A stretch of DNA of 64,000 nt from Candidatus Magasanikiibacteriota bacterium (lineage in GTDB: Bacteria; Patescibacteriota; Patescibacteriia; Magasanikbacterales; UBA922), in the NCBI GenBank assembly GCA_042218065.1, contig JBDGRL010000002.1, positions 15,539-79,538 on the forward strand, in the 5' to 3' direction. A program made the position numbers and the translations under genes. This document shows, in pieces, positions 36,199-44,878 of this stretch. The notes under the pieces are model-generated. The model made no database searches, had not been told where the DNA came from, and saw only the letters and a list, made by a program, of their open reading frames with translations. Within the stretch, counting starts at the first letter, position 1; every line of letters begins with the position of its first letter.

Positions 36199-39100
36199 AT
36201 GGTTTTTAAGAGTGTAGATAAAATTGTATATTCTTTAGTCTTGGCTTTATTTGTCTTGGTGTCATTAGGATATTTTTCAGTAGCGCAAGCAAAAGGTGTG
36301 TTATCTATTAACCCCAGTTCAGGTCAAGCAAAGACCAACTGCCCTTTTAATGGGGATATAAGGCTAGACACAAAAGGAAACAAAGCTGATGCCACACAGG
36401 TTTATATTGATCATGATTTTACAGGAGGACAAGAGACATTCTCTTTATCCGGTTCTCGCTTATTCAATTCTTACTCTAATATTAAAAATAAGAATTTGCC
36501 TTCGGGGGTTGAGGACGGGTTAATAGGGTATGGTGGTAAAGTCAGTGGTTCAAACTTAAAGTTTGCCAGCTTCAAATTAAAAAGCCCAAATAAAGGCAAA
36601 ACTGGACAGGTAAAAATTTACTTTAAACCAAAGAAGAATAAGACAAGTAAGGTAGCTAAGAATGGAACTAATATATTATCCAAAGTAAATAACGGAACTA
36701 TTAATGTAGTACAAGGATATTGTGAGAACAAAAAGCCAAATGTAGTAAATCTAGACCCAAAACATAGAGAACCAAACCACCCTGTGGATAAACCGATAAA
36801 ATTTGACTTAACGGATAATAGTTCTGGGGTTGATATCTCGACCCTCCAAGTGATAATTAAACACAATAATAAAACTAACAAATATAGTAATCAAGATTCG
36901 GAGGTTACAACTAACAAGATAAATAATACAGATTATTCTGTAGAAGTTGACCCTCAAAAAGACTTTACTCCTCAAGTTCGTGTGGATGTAGAGGTGCAAG
37001 TGAAAGATAAAGCAGGAAATCAAGGTAAAAGAAAGTACTATTTTAATGATTTAACTTGTAAGCAGTTGGGATGTGTGGGGGTGCAAGTGAAAACTCAGTG
37101 TAATGATGGTAAAGACAATGACGGTGACGGTAAGATAGACTTAAATGATCCGGGTTGTAGTAGTAAGTCAGATAATAATGAATATCAGGTCGGTCTTACA
37201 AAATGTAATGATGGCCGTGATAATGATGGAGATGGTTTAGTAGATTTCGCTGATCCTGGCTGTCAAAGTGAGAAAGCTCAAGTGCAACAACAAATTAAGA
37301 CGCAGACTGTAACTAACACAGTAATAAAAACAAAAACTACTACGGTACCGACAAAAGTTCCAGATAAAACTAAAACAGTAACTAAGACTGTACAAAAGGT
37401 CATAACTTCCACAGTAAGAGAGGTTGAAACAGTAACCACAACTGAAGTAGCAACAGTCACCAAAAAAATAGAAAAACCTGACTGTAATGATGGAATTGAC
37501 AATGACGGAGATAAGTTGACTGACTTTCCTGAAGACCCTGGGTGCGACAGCAAACAAGATGATAGTGAGTTCGACAAAGCTACGCAAAAAGTACTGCAGT
37601 TATCTGATGTTTCTTTTCAGATAGGAGGACTGAGTGTGGAGCCTTCAGAAGGTAGAGTGGTGGATGTACTTAGAGGGTCTAAATTAAATGTCAGTCTAAA
37701 TATCTCTAAAGTAGAAAAGACTATTGAATCGGTGGAGCTACAATTTCAGGACCAAAAGAAAGAGATGTTCTATAATAATGAAACTGGTAATTATTCAGGC
37801 GAGATTACAATAGACGAGAAAAGAGGAGTTTATAGTGGCTTTGTTAGAGCTAATTATTCAGATGGCGACTTTGATTCTGTTCCGTTTAGTGTTTTGGTGC
37901 AGCCAAGTGGAAAGATAGTAGGCAGAAATAAAGAGGGTGAGATATCTGGACTAAAAGGGGCAAATATAAAAATTCAAAAATTAGAAGACGGAGAATATAC
38001 TGAGTTTAAGCAAACAAAAACAAATAAAAATGGAATATATAGTGTCTTTGTACCGAATGGTGTTTACCGGTTGTCGATATCAAAAAAAGGTTATGAAAGT
38101 GATGTTACGGCTGGGTTCGAAGTAGAGAACAACATTATAAATAAGAAAATACAGCTGCTTGAAGATATACAACTTCTAGATCCGAATGTTTCTACCGGCA
38201 AGAAGATACAGTACATACAAGATTTATCTGTAAAGAAGACTAAAGAAGCAGGGGAGCTAGCGGACGATCCTACGGTAGAGAAGCAAACTCAGTCTTCTAT
38301 TGCCCCTGCTGCGGCAGCGGCTACAGGAGCAGCTGTAGCTCCTGCTTTAGGTCTGGTGAATCTCTTGAATTACTTGAGGTTCTTGTTCTTCCAGCCATTG
38401 CTTTTGCTGGGAAGAAGAAAGAGAGAAGATTGGGGTGTAGTGTATAATTCACTTACTCGATCAACCATTGATCTAGCTGTCGTAAGGTTGGTTGATTTTG
38501 AATCAGACGAGGTGGTGCAGTCGAGAGTGACTGATGCTGAAGGCAGATACATCTTCTTTGCAAAACCGGGCAAATATAGGATAAAAGTAGAAAAAGAACA
38601 GTTTGATTTTCCAACTGAAAATCTGTCTGATGTAGATGAAGATGGTCCATATACAGATATATACCACGGAGAACCTATAAGAGTTGAAGAAGAGGATACA
38701 GCAGTTGCTCCAAATATCCCGCTTGATCCGGTAGAAGCCGAAGAAAAAACACCTTCAAGAATTAAATGGGACAAGATTAAAAAGACTGCACAGAAATATT
38801 TGGCTAGACTTGGTATCATTGCAGGTGTAATTTCTATGATTATTAATCCAACTTGGTTAATAGGTATCCTTCTGGCTGCTCAGATTGGTATTTATTACCT
38901 ATTTAGACGACTTGGAACCACACCTGAACCTGAGAATTGGGGAATTATAAAAGAAGAAGATACCGAATCTCCTGTTGGAGAGGCTACTGTTCGACTGTTT
39001 ACTAAAGATAGGAACAAACTTGTGTCCACTCAGCAAACAGATGAAAATGGTCGCTATGCTTTCCTTGCTGGTCCAAAGGACTATTATGTGCGTGTTGATA

Positions 39101-39243
39101 AAGAGGGTTACTCACCGGAAAGTAAAGAAGTTTCTGTAGAGGAAGGAGAAGAATTTATTCAAGAGGATGTAGATCTAAAAAAGACTAAACAAGGACCAAA
39201 AACAGAAGATGATGGAGAGGATGACTTGTCATTTGCAGAGTAA
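36199..39243 (+). CDS. Giant (1014 aa) surface protein with three Cys-bounded DxDxDG calcium-binding repeats, three carboxypeptidase-regulatory-like (prealbumin-fold) domains and internal TM segments
   Basis: Signal/TM at the N-terminus. Three repeats: CNDGKDNDGDGKIDLNDPGC, CNDGRDNDGDGLVDFADPGC and CNDGIDNDGDKLTDFPEDPGC. Three CarbopepD_reg-like modules (NGIYSVFVPNGVYRLSISKKGY, GRYIFFAKPGKYRIKVEKEQF, GRYAFLAGPKDYYVRVDKEGY). Hydrophobic segments at about aa 690-730 and 860-900. Confidence 0.55.
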   Translation: MVFKSVDKIVYSLVLALFVLVSLGYFSVAQAKGVLSINPSSGQAKTNCPFNGDIRLDTKGNKADATQVYIDHDFTGGQETFSLSGSRLFNSYSNIKNKNLPSGVEDGLIGYGGKVSGSNLKFASFKLKSPNKGKTGQVKIYFKPKKNKTSKVAKNGTNILSKVNNGTINVVQGYCENKKPNVVNLDPKHREPNHPVDKPIKFDLTDNSSGVDISTLQVIIKHNNKTNKYSNQDSEVTTNKINNTDYSVEVDPQKDFTPQVRVDVEVQVKDKAGNQGKRKYYFNDLTCKQLGCVGVQVKTQCNDGKDNDGDGKIDLNDPGCSSKSDNNEYQVGLTKCNDGRDNDGDGLVDFADPGCQSEKAQVQQQIKTQTVTNTVIKTKTTTVPTKVPDKTKTVTKTVQKVITSTVREVETVTTTEVATVTKKIEKPDCNDGIDNDGDKLTDFPEDPGCDSKQDDSEFDKATQKVLQLSDVSFQIGGLSVEPSEGRVVDVLRGSKLNVSLNISKVEKTIESVELQFQDQKKEMFYNNETGNYSGEITIDEKRGVYSGFVRANYSDGDFDSVPFSVLVQPSGKIVGRNKEGEISGLKGANIKIQKLEDGEYTEFKQTKTNKNGIYSVFVPNGVYRLSISKKGYESDVTAGFEVENNIINKKIQLLEDIQLLDPNVSTGKKIQYIQDLSVKKTKEAGELADDPTVEKQTQSSIAPAAAAATGAAVAPALGLVNLLNYLRFLFFQPLLLLGRRKREDWGVVYNSLTRSTIDLAVVRLVDFESDEVVQSRVTDAEGRYIFFAKPGKYRIKVEKEQFDFPTENLSDVDEDGPYTDIYHGEPIRVEEEDTAVAPNIPLDPVEAEEKTPSRIKWDKIKKTAQKYLARLGIIAGVISMIINPTWLIGILLAAQIGIYYLFRRLGTTPEPENWGIIKEEDTESPVGEATVRLFTKDRNKLVSTQQTDENGRYAFLAGPKDYYVRVDKEGYSPESKEVSVEEGEEFIQEDVDLKKTKQGPKTEDDGEDDLSFAE

Positions 39244-39310
39244 GATGTTTAAATTAGTTCTTGTGATTACTGTTGATCTTTTCATCAAATCCCAGCGTGA
39301 TTTAATGAGG

Positions 39311-39369
39311 TAACTCCTTTACGACTATCCGACAGATTGGCGGGATAGACCATGCTCGTAGAGGAGTTA
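39311..39369 (+). other. Nested stem-loop element in the dcd 5' region / 3' of the giant surface gene
   Basis: TAACTCCT ... AGGAGTTA is an 8-bp outer stem enclosing the TACGA/TCGTA and CTATCC/GGATAG stems. It is GC-richer than its surroundings and no T-run follows. Confidence 0.3.
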
Positions 39370-39423
39370 AGCCCGATCAACAGAATCACAAGTAAAAAAA
39401 TATGAATAAAATAAATAATCTCA

Positions 39424-40005
39424 ATGATTTTATCTGATCGCGATATAAAAGAAGAAATGGATGAAGGTAATATTGTTATTGATCCTTTCAATGAAGAAAA
39501 TCTGCAGCCGGCATCTTATGATCTGCATTTGGACAAGCATTTTCTAGTTTTTGATGAGATTCAACATCATGTTATCGATCCTAAGCAGAATCTAGATGAT
39601 AAAATGAAAGAAGTAGAGATCGACGAAGATGATGCTTTTATCATTCATCCGAATGAGTTTGCACTGGGCATGGTCAAGGAGGTGACTGGTGTTTCTGATA
39701 AAATTGCAGGGAGGCTGGAAGGTAAAAGTTCTGTAGGCCGGCTTGGGTTGTTAATTCATGTGACGGCTGGTTTTTTAGATCCTGGAAATGAGCTGAAGTT
39801 GACTCTAGAGCTTCACAACACAGCTCCGATGCCAATTAAATTGTATTATAATATGCCGATAGCACAGATTGCCTTCGAAAAGCTTAGTGATTCTTGTTCT
39901 GACCCTTACTCAGAAGGAAGAGAGGAAGATAAATATTACGGCGATATGAAGCCCAAAGCTTCACAGATGTTTAAAAACTTTGATGAAGATCAGGGATGGG
40001 TATAA
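39424..40005 (+). CDS. dcd: dCTP deaminase
   Basis: The N-terminus MILSDRDIKEEMDEGNIVIDPF is the classic Dcd start, and the C-terminal beta-barrel (dUTPase-like) fold pattern is present. Confidence 0.85.
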   Translation: MILSDRDIKEEMDEGNIVIDPFNEENLQPASYDLHLDKHFLVFDEIQHHVIDPKQNLDDKMKEVEIDEDDAFIIHPNEFALGMVKEVTGVSDKIAGRLEGKSSVGRLGLLIHVTAGFLDPGNELKLTLELHNTAPMPIKLYYNMPIAQIAFEKLSDSCSDPYSEGREEDKYYGDMKPKASQMFKNFDEDQGWV

Positions 40006-40541
40006 AACTAGGTATTGTAGGAAAAATAGGCAGTGGAAAAACTACTGCAGCTAAGTATCTACAACAGGCACATAATTTTAAAACTATTAAGTTTTCTGGA
40101 TTTGTTCGAGATATTTTAGACAGGATGCATTTACAGCAGAATCGGGATAATATGTCCAAATTATCAACTTCTCTTAGAGAAAGTTTTGGTAAGGACATAT
40201 TTAGTCGTGTGCTCATAAAAGAATCAAAAAACAAGGATAGAGTGATATTAGAAGGCGCCAGAAAACAAGAGGATTTATCCAATTTTAAAGACAGAGAAGA
40301 TTTTTATTTACTTGCCATAAGTGCCGACCAGGAAATTAGATATAATAGAGTTTCATCTCGTAATGAGAATGAAGATGATAAAGGTAAAACTTTTGAAGAA
40401 TTTAAACAAGACGAGAAAAAAGCTACTGAAACTGAAATTGCTTCTTTAATGAAACTAGCAGATTATACAATAAGCAATAATGGAACATTGGCAGAATTTC
40501 AAGAAAAATTAGATAAATTAATAGCTAAATTAAATGAATGA
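39996..40541 (+). CDS. P-loop nucleotide kinase (CoaE/dNMP-kinase-like) embedded in the pyrimidine cluster
   Basis: Walker A MGIKLGIVGKIGSGKTTAAKYL, a 181-aa size, and a lid-like region. Its position between dcd and dut suggests a (d)NMP kinase role. Confidence 0.55.
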   Translation: MGIKLGIVGKIGSGKTTAAKYLQQAHNFKTIKFSGFVRDILDRMHLQQNRDNMSKLSTSLRESFGKDIFSRVLIKESKNKDRVILEGARKQEDLSNFKDREDFYLLAISADQEIRYNRVSSRNENEDDKGKTFEEFKQDEKKATETEIASLMKLADYTISNNGTLAEFQEKLDKLIAKLNE

Positions 40542-41433
40542 GAAATTTAGAGAAAATAGGTATGTAGCAAGTTCGGAATCTGAATATACTGAATTAACAA
40601 GAGAAAATAGAGAAGAGCTAAAAGAAGAATTAAAAGAATCTTTGCCTGAATTAAAGAAACTTTTCTTGGAGGAACTTGAATCTTGTCCTTTTATAAGTGA
40701 TAATTTGATTGATAATATTAAAGATAGGGTTGACGAAGTAAATTTTAATCTAATTAATGAAATTCAAAAAGAACATACAGGATTGTTTAGGGGTATTTAT
40801 GATTTTATAACTGATGAAATTAAACTGAAAGAAAAGGCTAACAAAGGTACTATTATTCATGAATTACTGCACGCTGTAAGTAGTAGATTAATGAACAAAA
40901 AATCCCTAGAAGAAGGAGAGTTTAAAGTATTAGTCGGGGGTCTTAGTCCTGGAATAAAGTTAGATTTAGAAAAAGTAGATTTTGATTCAGAAGATGAAAT
41001 TAAAAATTTTTTTGAACATCCCGAATATGTAAGATGGCTAGAAGAAGGGGTTACTGATAAGTTTACCAGAGATATTTTTGGAGAAGAGGGGAGTAAAAAT
41101 TATGACCCTTATGTTTATTTACTAGAAGCTATACAAGAAGAGGCTGGAATTTCAGACGAGGAACTGGCAGAGGCATACTTTAAACCTTTTAAAAAATCTG
41201 AACAAAGTGAATATAATACAGAGGCAATTAGTAATTTCTTCAGTGCTATAAATGAGCGTTATACTTCTGGAATTATTTTTTATATACATGTAGTTTTAGG
41301 ATATGAATATACTCCTAAAGAAAGAGAAGAAATTGATAGTATTGATAAAGCGAAAGAATTTATTGAAGAAGTAGAAAAGGAATATAGTGATCGAAGTTTA
41401 ACTGATTTGGTAGAAGATTTGAAGCAACAGTGA
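40534..41433 (+). CDS. Hypothetical acidic protein with an HExxH motif
   Basis: A 299-aa Glu-rich protein; TIIHELLHAVSS contains HExxH; otherwise unrecognised. Confidence 0.35.
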   Translation: MNEKFRENRYVASSESEYTELTRENREELKEELKESLPELKKLFLEELESCPFISDNLIDNIKDRVDEVNFNLINEIQKEHTGLFRGIYDFITDEIKLKEKANKGTIIHELLHAVSSRLMNKKSLEEGEFKVLVGGLSPGIKLDLEKVDFDSEDEIKNFFEHPEYVRWLEEGVTDKFTRDIFGEEGSKNYDPYVYLLEAIQEEAGISDEELAEAYFKPFKKSEQSEYNTEAISNFFSAINERYTSGIIFYIHVVLGYEYTPKEREEIDSIDKAKEFIEEVEKEYSDRSLTDLVEDLKQQ

Positions 41434-41456
41434 AGCTAATTTAATAAAAGGTCTAT

Positions 41457-41882
41457 ATGAAAGTTAAAGTAAAAAAACTAAAAGGAGAAGCAAAAATTCC
41501 CAGCTTTGCGCATGAAGGTGATGCAGGAATGGATATTTATTCGACAGAGGATAAAGTAATCACCCCAAAAAACAGGGAGACGATTGAGTTGGGTTTCGCA
41601 ATGCAGTTTCCGTCAGATTACATGGTTATTTTTAAAGATAGAAGCAGTTTGGCTTCGGAGTATGGGGTTCATACTTTAGCGGGAGTTATAGACTCGGGGT
41701 ATAGAGGTGAGTATAAAGCAGTATTGGTTAATTTGGGGGATGAAAGTTTTGAGGTTGAAACAGGACAGAAAGTAGGGCAGATGTTATTTTTACCAAGACC
41801 TGAAATAGAGGTAGAACAAGTAGAAGAATTATCAGATTCTATTCGAGGAGAAGGAGGGTTTGGAAGCACAGGTAAGTTTTAA
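41457..41882 (+). CDS. dut: dUTP diphosphatase (trimeric dUTPase)
   Basis: Motifs AGMDIYS, GVIDSGYRGE and the C-terminal RGEGGFGSTG (motif V). Confidence 0.9.
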   Translation: MKVKVKKLKGEAKIPSFAHEGDAGMDIYSTEDKVITPKNRETIELGFAMQFPSDYMVIFKDRSSLASEYGVHTLAGVIDSGYRGEYKAVLVNLGDESFEVETGQKVGQMLFLPRPEIEVEQVEELSDSIRGEGGFGSTGKF

Positions 41883-41891
41883 TTAAATAAT

Positions 41892-43673
41892 ATGCAAGAA
41901 TACTCAGACAAAGAGCATAAAGCTTTACTTAATTTTGTAACAAGCACGGATTCAAATATTTACGCAGTAAAGAATTTACGTCCAGAAGTTTTTGGTGCTT
42001 TTGGTTCCTTCTTTTCGCGCAGCCCGAAAGATGTACGTGATCATATATTGGATGCAGTTAAAGGTGAAATTCGAGGTTACGAGATGGAGGGTGGAGAAGA
42101 AAGATTGAATAAATTAGCTACAAGCTATGAATTTCTACAAAAAAGATCAAAACTAGACTCTGGTGAAGACAGTGGAGGTATTAAGCAAGAGTTGAAAGAT
42201 ATTTTGAATAAAAAACGAGGGGTTAGAGCTGAGCTTGAAGCTTCTATTTTTGAACCACCAATGAAGGCTTTAGAGTCTGGTTTAGAGAAATCTCAGTCTT
42301 TTTTTGAAAAGTATTATGGAACTTATGGTCACAAATCTATTGCAAATACTGTTTGGATTTCATTTGTGGCAAATGATGTCAGTCAACTTTTTGCCCGAAA
42401 ACTGGCTGATGACCAACTTGCATTTTTTATTGAACAATCCACACGTTTTGTCGAATTTGAAGATAATTATTACAAGGATCCTAGAATTATGGAAAGTGAA
42501 TATAGCGATCTCTATAATGATACCTTAGAAACTATGATTGAATACTATAACAAATTTTATGAGCTAGCTAATAATTTCTACCAAGAAAAAATACCATTTA
42601 ACGACTGGCTAGACCAACAATCAGATAGGGTTAAAGAAAAGTCTGATAGCTATCAGGAAAGAAAATATGAAAGAGAACTAAATGGAAAAGCTTTGGATAT
42701 CGCAAGATTTTTGTTGCCTCAAGCTATAAAAACTAATTTAGCGTGGATCCTAGACGCTAGAAGTACGGAGTTTGATATAGCAAGCTGGAAGGGGCACCCA
42801 TTGTCCGAGATACAAGAATCAGCTGAAAAAATAGAACAAGCTGGCGGAGAAATTGCACCTTCTTTGCTTAAATACACAGAAAAAAATGATTTTTATGAAG
42901 AAAAGTTGCATGAATATGGTGGTGATTTAGAATTAGACTTGGAAGATAAAGAGATTGAAAAAGGGGTAGAAATTGTATCTACTCCCGAAGACTGCTTTGA
43001 GAAAGTGGTAGCACACATCTTAAAGCAAAATAATATAGGTAAATTTAGTCAGTTTTTCCAAAAAGCGAAAAATATGACTTATGATGAAAAGCTAGATATT
43101 TTAGAGCGTACAGTAAAAAATAGAGGTGAATACGATGAGTGGGTGGGAGCAAATGAGGAGATAGATTTAGAAAAAATCGTGGTAGAGATTAAAACTGATG
43201 TGGGAGCACTGAGGGATATTAGAAGACATCAAAAAAATGATAGAGGAGAGCATAGATATTCGCTAGATATGGGGTATTATCGTCCTGATGTAGTTGATAA
43301 AATGAACAAAGAAGCCCAAAATTTATTCGATAAAACTATGGATATTGCACATGAAGCTGAGAAAGAAATTAGAAAAGACTTCCCTTTTGCGGTTCAGTAC
43401 TTGATTCCTATGGCATCCATGACAACTATTACTATGAGTATGGGGTTCGATCAGTTGCAATACTTTATCTACACTAGGTCAACTCCAGAAGGTAATTTTT
43501 CTTATCGAGAAGATACATTTAATTTAACAGAAGCATTAGTAAAGAAATTTCCTTGGTTGTTGGGAATGAAAGAATACCCTGAAGATAAGGACATCAAAGA
43601 AGTTTATGATAATTGTAGTTGGCAAGATTTGTTTATCTCTTTAAGTACTGACGAGACTGGTTTACATACTTAA
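41892..43673 (+). CDS. Tandem-duplicated ThyX-like (flavin-dependent thymidylate synthase fold) protein with non-canonical catalytic motifs
   Basis: The first-half segment GHKSIANTVWISFVANDVSQLFARKLADDQLAFFIEQSTRF aligns with the ThyX core [41 protein letters not shown], but ADD replaces RHR. The second half has VEIVSTPED...IVVEIKTDVGALRDIRRHQKNDRGEHRYS, with RHQ in place of RHR and the Ser position not conserved. Length is 593 aa against about 220-250 for canonical ThyX. Confidence 0.5.
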   Translation: MQEYSDKEHKALLNFVTSTDSNIYAVKNLRPEVFGAFGSFFSRSPKDVRDHILDAVKGEIRGYEMEGGEERLNKLATSYEFLQKRSKLDSGEDSGGIKQELKDILNKKRGVRAELEASIFEPPMKALESGLEKSQSFFEKYYGTYGHKSIANTVWISFVANDVSQLFARKLADDQLAFFIEQSTRFVEFEDNYYKDPRIMESEYSDLYNDTLETMIEYYNKFYELANNFYQEKIPFNDWLDQQSDRVKEKSDSYQERKYERELNGKALDIARFLLPQAIKTNLAWILDARSTEFDIASWKGHPLSEIQESAEKIEQAGGEIAPSLLKYTEKNDFYEEKLHEYGGDLELDLEDKEIEKGVEIVSTPEDCFEKVVAHILKQNNIGKFSQFFQKAKNMTYDEKLDILERTVKNRGEYDEWVGANEEIDLEKIVVEIKTDVGALRDIRRHQKNDRGEHRYSLDMGYYRPDVVDKMNKEAQNLFDKTMDIAHEAEKEIRKDFPFAVQYLIPMASMTTITMSMGFDQLQYFIYTRSTPEGNFSYREDTFNLTEALVKKFPWLLGMKEYPEDKDIKEVYDNCSWQDLFISLSTDETGLHT

Positions 43674-43683
43674 AAATAATTTA

Positions 43684-44157
43684 ATGATAGCCCACATAGC
43701 AGCAATCTCAAAAAACAATTGTATCGGCAAAGATGGTGATTTACCTTGGTATATACCAGAAGATATGAAGCATTTTAAGCGCTTAACTCAAGGTAAAACA
43801 GTTTTGATGGGCAGAAAAACTTGGGAGTCAGTTCCAGAGGAATATAGACCTTTGCCTAACAGAAAAAATTTAGTTCTTACCAATCAAGGTGATTATAAAG
43901 TACCCGATGAAGTAAAGGTTTATGATAATATCCCCCAAGCATTAAAAGATCATAAAGAAGATGAAGTTATGGTAATAGGAGGTGAATCTGTATATAAAGC
44001 CACTATGGATAAAGCAGAGAGGTTATATATAACACATGTAGAACAAGAAGTTGATGACTGTGATGCATACTATCCTAAAATTAGAGGAGATGAGTGGCAA
44101 GAGATTAAAAGACAAGAGCATGATGGTTTTTCTTTTGTCACTTATAGGAGGCTATGA
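43684..44157 (+). CDS. folA: Dihydrofolate reductase
   Basis: MIAHIAAISKNNCIGKDGDLPWYIPEDMKHFKRLTQGKTVLMGRKTWESVP...RPLPNRKNLVLT matches the DHFR signature. Confidence 0.85.
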   Translation: MIAHIAAISKNNCIGKDGDLPWYIPEDMKHFKRLTQGKTVLMGRKTWESVPEEYRPLPNRKNLVLTNQGDYKVPDEVKVYDNIPQALKDHKEDEVMVIGGESVYKATMDKAERLYITHVEQEVDDCDAYYPKIRGDEWQEIKRQEHDGFSFVTYRRL

Positions 44158-44873
44158 AAAAAGGTGAGTTTATAATGGTTGATGGAGTTGATGGTGCAGG
44201 CAAGACTACAATAATAAATACTTGGAAAAAATTTTTGAGACAGAATAATCGGAAAATATTTGGTATAAGGGAATATTGGCAACAAAACCAGAATCATCCG
44301 GAGTTTGAACAGCTTAAAGATTATGATTTCATCTTTTCAGCTGAGCCAACTTCTGTTTGGACAGGAGCGGCACTGCGCAAAGAAATGATTAAACAAGATT
44401 CAGATTATTCAGGTAAGGCAATAGCCGAAGCTTTTAGTTTAGACCGGCTTGTACTATATAAGCGCTTACTTTTAAAGTTATTAAATGAAGATGTGAGTAT
44501 AATTCAAGATCGAGGGATCAGCACTTCTTTATGTTATCAGCCGCTACAATCTACTGAGTTGACGAGAGAAAAAGTAGCTAATCTGGAAGGAAATGCGTTT
44601 GCTTTGAAGAATAACCCAGAATATTTAATTTTGGCGGATCTACCGATTGAAGATGCGCTAGAACGTCTAGATTTACGTCAGCAACAAGATGATTCTGTGT
44701 TTGAGAAAAGGAAATTTTTAAACAGGGCTCGAGAAACTTTTTTATCGAAAGAATATCAAGATTATTTTATAAAGCAAGGTACGGAGATAAAAAAATTGGA
44801 CACCTCTGTAAACATTGATATAATGAAAGAGAAATCTGTCAGTTTACTGCAAAATATATTAAATATTAACTAA
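44154..44873 (+). CDS. tmk: Thymidylate kinase
   Basis: P-loop FIMVDGVDGAGKTT and the DRGISTSLCYQ motif (DRY/S-loop-like). Its start overlaps the folA stop. Confidence 0.75.
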   Translation: MKKGEFIMVDGVDGAGKTTIINTWKKFLRQNNRKIFGIREYWQQNQNHPEFEQLKDYDFIFSAEPTSVWTGAALRKEMIKQDSDYSGKAIAEAFSLDRLVLYKRLLLKLLNEDVSIIQDRGISTSLCYQPLQSTELTREKVANLEGNAFALKNNPEYLILADLPIEDALERLDLRQQQDDSVFEKRKFLNRARETFLSKEYQDYFIKQGTEIKKLDTSVNIDIMKEKSVSLLQNILNIN

Positions 44874-44878
44874 TTTTC

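Noticed and set aside
39311-39369. ZTP (pfl) riboswitch upstream of dcd
   Set aside because: There is only a partial resemblance (GAUUGGCG against the conserved ACUGGCG), and the 3' CGCCUGGGCA pseudoknot partner is absent.
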